DNA of 64,000 nucleotides from Vairimorpha necatrix (Eukaryota): NCBI GenBank assembly GCA_036630325.1, contig CP142727.1, positions 992,001 to 1,056,000 of the forward strand, read 5' to 3'. Shown piece by piece: positions 52,292 to 63,632 of this stretch (position 1 is its first letter; each line of letters starts with the position of its first letter). The notes under the pieces were generated by a model. It saw only the letters and a program-made list of their open reading frames with translations, ran no database searches and was not told where the DNA came from. The position numbers and the translations under genes were made by a program.

Positions 52292-53035
52292 ATGGTTTTA
52301 ATTTCTATATTGTTAATCCTTGATGCACAAAAATTTAGAGCTTGCAATGGGAAAAACTTGGTTTTATCACTTGAAGAAAATAATGAAGGATTTATTGCAA
52401 GCAGTGAATTGCTTTTTCCTGAAAACCGAACAGGTTTTTATCGAGATTACGCATCAGAAGAGGGAATACCAATTATAAAAATATTTTTAGATGCCGTATT
52501 AGATAAAATATCATTTCCCATGAAGCCGCAATCTAGTTGGACAAAGGCAATGTATGGTAAAGAATTTTTAGTCCACGAAAATGATATAACGCTGAGGGAT
52601 TATGAGTATGCCCTTATTGGAATTTCTGAAAAAACCAGGCTCCATGGCAAAGAATATGCGGTTCAAACTTTTATATCTAGTCTTACAGACAAAACTAAAG
52701 AATTATGCCATGCTTTAGTTTGTTTGATTTACAATTTCAAGAATCTTAATCTCGACTATGTTAAACTAATTGTCGACAAGAATGTTGAAATAAAATTTAA
52801 TAAAGAAAACAATTTTTTGTTTGAACAGGTTTGTATTGAAAATGATTGCAAACGAATTCTTGATGACATCTACAATAGTATTGGAATAAAAGAAGATATC
52901 GATAAACTGCTAGGTATGAATAATGGAAATATAAATAATATAGGACACACTATATACTATAATCCGAATCTAATTTCATTATGGGATTATCAGCCCATGA
53001 TCTTTACCACTCAGAATTCGACAGGCTTGGAATAA
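52292..53035 (+). CDS. Putative secreted protein, lineage-specific family (247 aa)
   Basis: CCCATAAAATG start; hydrophobic N-terminus; clear paralogy to 57060 (FP.K.Q.SW, AL.GIS, DKT..LC.AL, ENN...EQVC). Confidence 0.85.
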   Translation: MVLISILLILDAQKFRACNGKNLVLSLEENNEGFIASSELLFPENRTGFYRDYASEEGIPIIKIFLDAVLDKISFPMKPQSSWTKAMYGKEFLVHENDITLRDYEYALIGISEKTRLHGKEYAVQTFISSLTDKTKELCHALVCLIYNFKNLNLDYVKLIVDKNVEIKFNKENNFLFEQVCIENDCKRILDDIYNSIGIKEDIDKLLGMNNGNINNIGHTIYYNPNLISLWDYQPMIFTTQNSTGLE

Positions 53036-53149
53036 ATTTAATCGAATCATTTTTTTGAAATACATACATGTTATATTTTTATTTTATTTTTGTTAGAATT
53101 CTCTTAATTATAATAAAGGTATTAATTTTATGAAATAAAATACTAATTA

Positions 53150-53970
53150 AAGGATTGGTCACAATAATGCTTATATATACAAGACTGATGTGATATTGGC
53201 TTTATGAATTTGTTACGTATTTACTTTTCAACAAGAAAGCGTGATTGGTCCTTATACGTTTTCAACTCCCAGAGATTTTTATAGGTAACAACCCGAAGAC
53301 ATTTAGCTATCTTGAATTAAAAAAGCTTTGACCCAAAAATCGTTCTCCATTGTCAATGGTAAGAAACTTCCAACAAAAAATTATTTTTTACAAAATTTTA
53401 TATGTACAATTTTGTGTTATAAAAGATATTAAAATTAGATAATGTTTATAAATCAAACCATAAGCAAAATGCATTTTTTAGTTGTCTTGATGACAAAAGT
53501 TGTTCTGAATACGAAGGTGTCAATGTTATTAAAAAAAAATGAATTTATATTTTTCATAACTTACAAATAAAGAACATCACATGTGATGTAAAATAATATG
53601 TAAGTACAACGTAGCAAGAAACTTTTTGTGTTCATGGTGACATTCGTAAGTCTCAAAATGGAGCTCTAAGAACCTCCGTCTAAAATCTATATTTAGATAG
53701 ATTGAAAGCCAACTATGTAAAATTTGGAGCAATACGTAGTGAAAAATTATCTTTATTCATTATGATGAAGCCACTGGTATACTTTTTACTATGATGTTGA
53801 AAGCATTTTAAATGTACTGACAATTTAGTTTGTGGTCCGTTGATAAAATATTATAAAAATCGTAAGAATTTGTATAAAGTCGAATATTTATTTTAAACTA
53901 TAATTTTATAGTTTATTGAATCAATATATAGTAAAGGCTGACGTATAGTGTAGGTATCGCCCATATAACA
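53150..53970 (-). pseudogene. Possible decayed Gypsy/integrase remnant
   Basis: LTIDNGERF-like motif ~53350; 53951-53966 matches the LTR/PBS junction of the 40335 element (ATATGGG(G)CGATACCTA). Confidence 0.3.
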
Positions 53971-56900
53971 AATCTTATATGTAGTGAAATTAGTCATAAA
54001 GACATATAGATACGGAAACAAGCAAATTAGGACTAAATTCTTTTTAATGTTGTATTAAAAGTTTTAATGTGTTTAATTCAAAGTATGTCGTTGTAAGAGG
54101 AAGGTGTTAAACAAATATAGATATAAGCGCGGGGTAGATGTATTCTTCTTTAATTACTTGTTTTCTAGTTATATAATAACAATTCTTATTTTTATTGTAA
54201 ATAGATGTTAAAATCAAACATAAAACGTGAGGCTTATTTCAAACCCGTACAACTGATTATAATATTGTTCAATTGTAAAAAACATAACAAGCAGTTTTAG
54301 CGAATCTAACCTTCAGTTGTAATAGATAAAAAATTGTAATTTAAAGAATCCGATTTTTTCAAATCTTGTCCCAAGTAAGTATATTATAGATTGATGTAAA
54401 TTAGTTAAATAAGAGATTAGTACTTCGATCAGTAAACAAAATTTATATCATTCAAATAAAATTCTATTGAAATATCGTATGTTTGTACTATTAGTGGTCT
54501 GACTTAATATTCGCATCTTATTTTAATGTTCACAAAACAAATGTTACTTTTGAAATAAAAGTGTTGACATTGGTAAGTAAAAAAATGCAGAAATGAGCCT
54601 TTGGGCAGATAAGTTGGCAAATCGGGCCGACTCTTTACCTTGCCGCTCTAGAAACCATCCATGAGAATTAATATAAAAAGTATTATTCTACTTATAAAAA
54701 TTTTACAATTCCATTACTAAAATCTTTAGAAGTTTTTGACCTTTTAAAAATTGTAAAATTTCAAAATCTAAATAGTTCCCTAAAAATTTAGCATGGTCTT
54801 TTTTTGATCCAAAAAAAAACGATATCATATTTACAGCAAAATTACAATATTCTATTGAAGTTGGTCTCTTTAGGTTCCACACAAACTTCTATCTAAATGA
54901 CAATGCGATAATCTTGAATGATAAGTTAGACCATTTTATGATAATATTTATGCCTTAAATTATAATATTTGTTTGTTAGTGCTTTTGTCGAGAGGTTTTT
55001 GATTATCTTTATAATCCGGTTCGTACTATTTAGAGTTTGATTTTTATGTTTCTCGTATCTATAATATCCACAAAACAGGTTAAAATTTAAGGTCATATCA
55101 TTTTAATAAAGAATTGAACCATTTTGCCTTCACAATCTATGTTTAATTTGTATGTGCTGCTCTTTTAGCCCGCTTAGTCGGTAGTTAATGTTCTTTTTTT
55201 TAACCAAAAATAAATTATAAATCGAAATGACATAAAACGACACTAGTCATTGTAGTTATAATTAAAATAAATTTTCTTTTTTGTTCAAAAATATGTTTCG
55301 TAAAAATAAAGTTAAAAATAGGCTGAGAATTTTGAAGAATTATAAAGTATTTTCATATAAATCTTCGTAGAAATTTCTTCCAAAATTGGTTAAGTTTAAT
55401 TAAATATAATGTGTTGGTGTTAAAATCATGATGTCATTATGTTGCGCACATTCTATCATGCCATGTACTACACCCAATTTCTCCTGCCAGATAATTACTT
55501 TTGTGGTTAATGAATACTTTTGAATCAAATGAAAATTTTACATATTCCACAATGATAAAGTATCTAGAACACTTTCCAAAATATTAGCTAAACCTATAAA
55601 ATATTTTTACAAATATTTATAACGTATTGTAAAGGTTAGATCTTTAGTCAGATCACAATGGAACATTTCATCGTTTGTCGACTAGCCCGGTTCCAGACGT
55701 ATCAAAAATTAAAATGTCCAAGAGCAGATATTCCGCGAAATATGAACAATTTTTATGGCCAAATATAATAAATTTAAGTTTCTGATAAATAACGGCCTTT
55801 GCTCTTATTTGAATACATTTTAAATAGGACTTGTGGACTACTGGTTGCCAGCTGTCCGAGAAGAGTTAGTTATATTTATGGTTTTATTTAACTTCTTCAT
55901 ATATCTCTATGTATATATTTCTTTTATGTTTATAGGCGGAAAAATATAACACATTTCCCTTCATAAACATAGTTGGGAAAAGGAGGAGAATACTTATAGA
56001 ATAGTATTCTCTAGTTTCGGGGTAATCTTAGGACCACTGGAGATCTGTTACTTGACTGGACTTAAATAAATTTTTTTATTTTTGATTTTGCTAAGTATGT
56101 ATTAAGCCATAATTGTGATTTATATATATATATAAGCGTAAGATTTAGTAACATAATATTTTTACCGTAATAATTATAATTATGCAACTATATTATAGGA
56201 ATGCAATAAAAATTAACATTGTGTTAGTAATAATTAAGAATCCAACTTACATTGTAGATATTAATATTTACAAGTTAACACAAAAATAACATATGAAATA
56301 ATTCATGGCACACATTATAGATTTCATTTCTGTAAAAAGATTGATAAACAATTTTATAATTTAAGAATAAATATTTGTAGACTTTAATATATCATATTAG
56401 AATATGTGAAACTTTTGATTATCAAAAAGGTTTTAAACTATCAAAAAGACGCAGTTTCCATTATTCTTTTGATTTTATAAGGTACTTATGTGATTTTTTT
56501 TTGATCAAAGGAAATTATTATTGCAAAAATAATAAAAAAATTGAAATACACATCTTTTAATGTCCAAAAGATGTTTTCTCTTGTTACTATACTGTTGTTA
56601 TTAATTTAAGGAAAAAATATCTTTAAAATGTTGCAAACTTCATAATATGAAGGCAAGTTAAATTATTTCTGCTTTTATCTTTAAAAACATAAATTCAACA
56701 TAAATTACTCTGTGGTATTAAATCTAAATTCGATAGATATTAATAAAATCATGACATTAACACTAGTTAAATTCAGTTTAAATAAATTGTATCGTTTATT
56801 GAATTCTAAGCTTATACCAAATTTATTTCAAAAAAAGGCATAAACTATGATTTAGCCTATAATTTGAATTGAAATGTTTATTTGCTTGTTTGTTTATTTT

Positions 56901-57059
56901 AATTTAATAATATTATATTGATTTTAATAACAATGGAAAATATTTATAAGGAGTGATTGGACAGCTTACATTTCAAAATTTATATAATTTGGTTTTATAA
57001 ATAATTATTAAACAAAAACTACTTGTTATAAATATAAAAAATGAATTTTAACCCATAAA

Positions 57060-57800
57060 ATGTTATTGGTTTTGTTATTATTTGTTTCAAATATTAAAAT
57101 ATTAAAAGCTAACGATGAAATTGATATGAAAATATCAACAGAGGAAAGAAAAGAAAGATATAATAAATGCGTTGAATTGCTTTCTCAAAAGGAAGCACCC
57201 ATTCTGTGTGTAACTCATTCCAAAGAAAAAAAAGAAAAAATAGGAAAGATAATGTATGATGTCTTACTAGATGCGATTGAATTTCCTCTAAAAATGCAAC
57301 CGAGTTGGCCAAAACCAATTGATGAAAATGAATATGAAATTAAAAGAGAAGACGTATCATTGTGTTTTTATCAACGTGCTTTAACTGGTATTTCTGATAT
57401 GATGATGCGTTATGGAAAATCACGAGCACTCCATATATTTGTGTATGAACTGGCCGATAAAACTAGACGTTTATGTCAAGCTTTAATATGTATGTATGAT
57501 TTTGATGATCTTGATCTTGACCAAGTTAGACAAATTCTTAAAAAATACTTTGATTTTAAACTTAGTGAAGAGAACAATTTAATAGTTGAACAGGTGTGTA
57601 AAAACGACAACTTTAAACAAATTCTTTACGATGTCTTCCATAGTATTGGGAATCAAGCAGATAGCAATGCCATTGAACATGACGAACGCGAAGATATTGA
57701 TGATGCAGGTGGCAAAATGCAAGATAATCAAAATTCAATGAAATTGGGCGAGTTCCAGGCTATGGATAATTCTAATAAGGAATCTAGTGATAAAGAATAA
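57060..57800 (+). CDS. Putative secreted protein, same family (246 aa)
   Basis: CCCATAAAATG start; MLLVLLLFVSNIKILKA signal-like; acidic tail. Confidence 0.85.
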   Translation: MLLVLLLFVSNIKILKANDEIDMKISTEERKERYNKCVELLSQKEAPILCVTHSKEKKEKIGKIMYDVLLDAIEFPLKMQPSWPKPIDENEYEIKREDVSLCFYQRALTGISDMMMRYGKSRALHIFVYELADKTRRLCQALICMYDFDDLDLDQVRQILKKYFDFKLSEENNLIVEQVCKNDNFKQILYDVFHSIGNQADSNAIEHDEREDIDDAGGKMQDNQNSMKLGEFQAMDNSNKESSDKE

Positions 57801-57843
57801 ATAGGTTCTATTTATATTTCATAGTATAATTAAAAATTATGTG

Positions 57844-57967
57844 TATAGTAGCCGATCAAATACTGACCAATCATCTTCTTACAAATGGACAGATTCGATT
57901 AGCTACAAAAAGTATTTGAAAACATTTTCAAAAGAGGGGATGGAAAATAAGAATAAAGTTATTGACA
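57844..57967 (+). mobile_element. S6 solo-LTR-like element (124 bp)
   Basis: Homolog of 24177-24605 without the insert; ends ...TTGACA; TSD ATGTG/TTGTG. Confidence 0.7.
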
Positions 57968-58025
57968 TTGTGCATATTATTTTTTCTATTTTTGTTAAAT
58001 AATATTTAATTCGGGAGTTAGTAAA

Positions 58026-61000
58026 TGTAGGGTTTAGAACCCTTAATAAATAAATGGTTAACATGGCGAACACAAGGATGAACAGGGAAACAAGAGAGTC
58101 CCGTAGTCAAGAGGCTAGAACATTAGAGAAAGAGGCAATTAGGATAGATAAGAGACTAAAGTTAATATTGAAAGTTGAGTGGAAAGATGTTATGGATTTG
58201 GCATCTGCGAACTTGCAGGATTATATTTTTGAAAATTTTTGTGACGGAAGGAGCAGTTGGGAGGAAATTTATAAAGGCTTACAAAAAGGAGCAGAATTTG
58301 AGAGAGAGTCAGAAGAAAGACAAGAAATGATTAAAGAGATTATGGATAAAGTGTTGAAAGAGTTTAGGGAAGAAAGAAAAGAAAATCTTAGGATGTATAG
58401 GAAAAGAAGAGAAATCAGAGAAACTACAAAATGTTTTATATGTAAGAAAGAAGGGCATTACGCTAGAGAATGTCATGAAAGTGTAGCTGGTAGGGAAAAA
58501 TATAAAATTAAAAAGGAACAAGTTTTACAGAAAGAACCAATTATCAACAATGAAGGGAAAAGATGTAAAACAGTAAATAAGTTAGAAAATTTAATTGAAA
58601 AGTATCCGGAAGTTTTTAAAGAATCAGAAGAAAAGATAAAATATCTCACAGGAGAGAAGTGTCCAATAAATACTAAGCAAGGTGAAAAGGTTGTGAAAAG
58701 AGGGCAGAATGTGCCATACTACCTTAGGGTGAAATTTGAGGAGTACTTGAATAAGTTGGAAAATTAAGGGGTTATAAGACGTTCCAAAAGTGAGTGGAGG
58801 AGTCCAATAAGAGCACTTGAAAAACCAAATGGGGACGTAAGATTGGTAAGCAATTTGATGGCGTTAAACGATTTGGTTGACAAGGACCCGTACTCACTAC
58901 CGTTAATTAAGGATATTATGAGAGCCACACAGGGGTCAAAAGTATTTACGGTTATCGACTTAAAAGAAGGGTTTTATCATATTGAGATTGAGGAGCACCA
59001 TAAGCACAAAACAGCATTTGAAGTGAATGGTCGAGTATACGAATGGAATAGTATGGTTATGGGGTTTAAGAATTCGCCTCATATAATGCAGAGAGTAATG
59101 AACAGAGTTTTAGATGAATTCAGAGGTAAAGGCGTGGAAGTATATATGGATGATATAGTTATTCATGGTAAAGACGTAAGAGTGCATGACGAGTTACTAG
59201 AGAGGGTAATTAAAAAGTTTAAAGAGTGTGGGTTGAGAATAAACCAAACAAAGATACAATACAAAAAAGATGAGGTGATGTTGCTGGGAGTAACAATTAA
59301 TGGGGAGGTCATGGGACCGAATGAGATTAAAAAGCAGGAGACATTGGAATATAGAAAACCTGAGAATGTTAGAGAGTTAAGAAGATTTTTAGGACTAACT
59401 GGTTGGTTTAGAGACTTTATTCCCAACTATGCGTATAGAACAGTAAGGCTTACTGAGGCTTTAAAGAAAGATGTTAAGTGGAATTGGACGGAGGATATGG
59501 AAAGAGCTTTTGAGGATATGAAGCAAGGCTTGAGAGATATGAAAAAGTTGAAGATTCCGGACGGAAAAAAGCTATTTAGAGTAAGAACTGATGCGTGTGA
59601 TACGGGGATCGGAGCAATTCTATTACAAGAAAATAAAGAGGGTGAGTGGATTCCGATACAATGGGCATCGAAAATGTTGACTCCTACCGAGCGAAGATAT
59701 ACGATAAGTGAGAAGGAGATGTTGGCGGTGTTTTTTGGAATAAAGAAGTTTGAAAGTGATTTGAGAGGAAGGAAATTTCATTTGATGACGGATCATAAAG
59801 CATTAGCAGAGATCAGAAATAAGCCATACTTCAATAATAACAGAATAAACAGATGGGTAGAACAGATACAAGAGTTTGACTTTACAATAGAGTATGTGAA
59901 AGGGGAGTTGATGACAGATGCAGATGCGTTAAGTAGGCAGTATGATCAGGTAGAAGTTTCGGATGAACAAAAAGAAAAGGACAACAAGAGAAAAGAAGTG
60001 ATCGAAAAACAAATTTTGGGAAAAAAGCAGAAACATATTAAAGAAAAGGACGGTAAACAGTATTGGGAATTTTCCACAGGTGAAATGAAATAGATATTGA
60101 GCCTAGATAGTAGAGAACATGAAATAACAAGAGTACATGAGGAGTTAAACCATAGAGGTGTCAAAGGCACTAATTATAACATTAAACAAAGATGGTATTG
60201 GCCTGGTATGAAAAATCATATTAATAAGGTAATTAAGAATTGTGAAATATGTGGGATTAACAATAGGAAAAACACAGGAGGATGTGATTTCGTAGTAACT
60301 AGAAAGAAATTGGAGAAAGTGGCGTTGGATTTAATGGACATAGGTGGAGAGAATAGGTATGTGTTACTGGGTATTGATTACTTTACTAGAAGGTTGTGGG
60401 GTTCGAATTTGAGATGTAAAGAGAGTAGTGAAGTTATAGAGGTATTACAAAAGTGGATAAGGGAAGATGGATTTCCAGAGGAATATGTGACAGACAACGG
60501 AAAAGAGTTTGTAAGTAATAGATTTAAAGAATGGTGTAGTATTAATGATATTAAACATAGGAAAGTGGGCTTAGAAGCTCATGGGAGTAATGGTAGAATC
60601 GAGAGATGCATCAGAACTATAAGAGAGACATTGATAAAGCAAAATGATGGGAATATTTCTGAAAAGATAGAAAGAGCAATCAAAGGATATAATAATACAC
60701 TATATACAGCAATAAAATGTACGCCGATGGAAGCGTGGAGAGATCAAACGGCTGAAGTTATAATTGAAAATGATGAAAATGGAAAATATGCTGGTCGGTT
60801 CAAGAGAAGACACAGAGAGACATTTACAGTAGGCCAAGAGGTAAGAATCGCTAGGAGAGAAAATTTAGGTACACGTGCGAAAACAGACAAGGGAAGATTC
60901 GCGGGTCGCGGAAGGATCGTAGCTATAAGTGAAAATGATTCATATATTGTGAGACTACTGGATGGTAAAATTGTTAAAAAGAGGCATTATGATTTGAAAG

Positions 61001-61091
61001 AGATAAGGAAGAGTTGTTTAGAAGATGGAGAGACTACCCGTCTGGAGGGGGGATGTAGGGTTTAGAACCCTTAATAAATAAATGGTTAACA
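58026..61091 (+). mobile_element. Minimal Ty3/Gypsy retrotransposon, 3066 bp, identical 38-bp LTRs, no protease
   Basis: LTR TGTAGGGTTTAGAACCCTTAATAAATAAATGGTTAACA at 58026-58063 and 61054-61091; TSD GTAAA; PBS TGGCGAACAC; PPT GGAGGGGGGA 61044-61053. Confidence 0.95.
58054..61065 (+). pseudogene. Single-frame Gag(CCHC)-RT-RNase H-integrase polyprotein with two nonsense codons
   Basis: ORFs 58054, 58843 and 60097 share one frame; stops TAA 58765 and TAG 60091; CFICKKEGHYAREC, VYMDD, RTDACD, HEELNH..CEIC, VTDNGKEF, NGRIERC. Confidence 0.92.
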
Positions 61092-61698
61092 GTAAATAAA
61101 AGTTTCTAAATTATCAAAAAAGCTTACCATAATCTTATCGTAAATAAGGAAATCCGCAAAGCTAAAAATAATATTTATATAGCCGTTTTCAAAAGTTTTT
61201 TTTTAGTTGAGTTTAATTGAATGATTGATTTACAGATCTTCGAATGCAAAATTTTAATATTACAATAATATATCTCAAAATCTAAACCACTAAAACCCGC
61301 ATAAGATGTAGAAAGGTTTAAAAATTTTAACTTTTTTAAATATTTTTAATAATTGTAACTACATTTGTAATATTAAACTAACGAAATACATAAACCTGCG
61401 CCTGAACAACGGAAGGTACTAAAATATGCATTTTTAACGTTTTCACATAGAAATTATAGTAATTACTTAAGTTTTTCTTTTGTGCTCTCAGGGCATCTTA
61501 TTTATACTTTATTTTTAAAAAAGTTCTAGGGGTAAAAAGGAATATCATAAATATAGTCGTTTTGTGTATTTAGAATAATTATTGTCGCGAACATAACGAG
61601 CGACCGCGCCCAGTGCGAGACCGATTTTTTTAATTTTTCAAGGCCCTGTACAATTTTTAACACTTTAAATTTGGTTATCTGTAATTACAAACCATATT

Positions 61699-61732
<34 letters not shown>

Positions 61733-61805
61733 CTATGTATGATATTAACTATTTATGATTTTCTTCAACCAATTAAATTTAATATTTCGACTCCTAAATA
61801 AATTT

Positions 61806-61878
61806 CCAACTCATTGGGATTAAACTCGAGACCTTAAAGTAGTGGATGGCATAACAAACACTGTGCCAGATTGGTTGA
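61806..61878 (-). ncRNA. tRNA-derived module, homolog of 5882-5957
   Basis: TGGCACAGTG A-box-like; GGCA/TGCC D-stem; degenerate B box GAGTTTAATC. Confidence 0.45.
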
Positions 61879-63026
61879 CAAAAATATTTGGCATTATTTT
61901 GGAGTATGAGATCATCTTAAAAAAAATTTACTTTCTTTGCCCTAAATGAAAGAAGTAAAAGACTAGGTTGAGTATGATCGGCTTATCCAAATACTAAAAA
62001 GAGGAAAGGATAGCACGGAATGTGACAAAAATTAAAATACAGGCATTAAAAAGAAATTTTAAGCTTTTGTTCTTGGGAATGACAGTGTTTTTTTAAAGGA
62101 TATGGGAGTCTGGCACAAAGGGGTATTTGTGAGTATCATGGTTCAAGCTATACAAATAGAGGTCCAAGGACTTCATCGGCAGCATCATTCTTGCGCTTTG
62201 CCCCTTACATAAGTGTTTGAATAATTTTTAGTATACCTCAGTGTATTGTATATTGTAAGGGAGTTTGGAGAGAATGCAATATGCGCATGCAAGCACATCC
62301 ACCTAAAACAAATGTAAAGTTCAAGCGCAACGTAAGCTAAAAAACTTTATAAAGATATATTATTGACCTTGTTTATCTGAGGGCCTATAGCTGTGAAAAT
62401 ATTGGTTTTAGTTTTATTCTTACAGCAAAAAAGTATTTTCTAAGTACGTTTTATCTCTGTTTTTAAAACTAAACCCACCTTTGAAGTCGTATCACAGTTA
62501 GAATACAAATGTCAAATGTAGTTTTTCTCTATACTTCGATGTGACAACAAAAGAGGGGAAAATGATTCATTCTTTGATTGTTGTGAACAAAATAAAATTT
62601 TATTATTCAAGACAGACCTCGTTCTTCAAATTTTCAAGGAAAAGTCGCGAGATTTGACCCACCTCATACTCGTTACTTGCAAAAACACCTTTGCGTAAAA
62701 TTGAAACAATAAGAACTGGCTAGCGACGATAAATAAAGTTGTAAATCATTATAACGCAGCTGTACATTCTGCAACAAAAAAGTCTGTTAATGTATGGTAC
62801 GGATACCTCGGATACAATACATGTCTAAGGATAAAGATGATGATTCTGTTGAGGATGAAACGATATTAAACTTGATACCGCCAATAAATGCAGTGAGTAA
62901 TGAAGAATACTTAGCTAAAATGGACAGAAAACTGTGTTTATAATTCTATCAATATATTCTCTTTTGTGGATTTTGTGGTCGTAATATTGATCGACACAAA
63001 TATTTAGACAAAAATCTAAAATTAAG

Positions 63027-63632
63027 GGTACATGACCGTTTGGAACACGCTTTGAAAAATTCAAAAAAAGGAAAAATAAAATGAAATTATAAAAAAGAGA
63101 CTTGAACAATTTATTTTAAATAATGTAAAAGACGATTTATCCGTTGATCTTTGGGGATTTGAAAGCCCAGAGCAACTCCAAAAGATGCTCATAGTGTTCG
63201 TCCTGTTTATTCCATATATAGATCGAATATTGGATTTAGGAATGAGCCAAAACCAACAAATTATTCGGTATTGTATCTCAGAATCGCCAGGTTACAGCAT
63301 TGATGAAGTGATTCATGGTACTGTGCTCCATCACTTTGCTTGTCTAATGTGGCCTCATATGCTGCCCATTGATTAGAGATCATAATAGAAACAGGTTATA
63401 CATTGTTTTGTATTATCTCAAGGAAATAGCATTATTTCTACTAGTTGCAAAAACGAGCAAGGTGCACGCCGATTCAGCATCAAATGTTTCCAAAATAAAA
63501 TGTTCTTTGTTTTCCATGTATAAATACATTGTATCACTAAAAAGCTTATCTGCCTCAACAAACATTGTTTTTGCTAATTTTTTGAAAGGGGTCCATTAAA
63601 ATTTCAAAACGGGTTCAAAACGGTCATGTACC
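63027..63632 (-). mobile_element. Second copy of the deleted Merlin derivative, inserted in Ginger G1
   Basis: TIR GGTACATGACCGTTT; TSD AAATTAAG/AAATAAAG; homolog of 49949-50602. Confidence 0.9.

Noticed and set aside
58765-60093. Programmed readthrough or stop-codon reassignment for the two in-frame stops of the minimal Gypsy
   Set aside because: The first stop lies inside the RT N-terminal region, not at a gag/pol border; the relative at 40 kb is broken at other positions; host ORFs end normally in TAA. Point mutations are simpler.
5534-60170. Many short ORFs antisense to TE genes (e.g. 5534, 7667, 15392, 19699, 22807, 37442, 42179, 58309, 59163, 59946)
   Set aside because: They are opposite-strand shadows of transposase, RT or integrase frames, with no start context or domain motifs.
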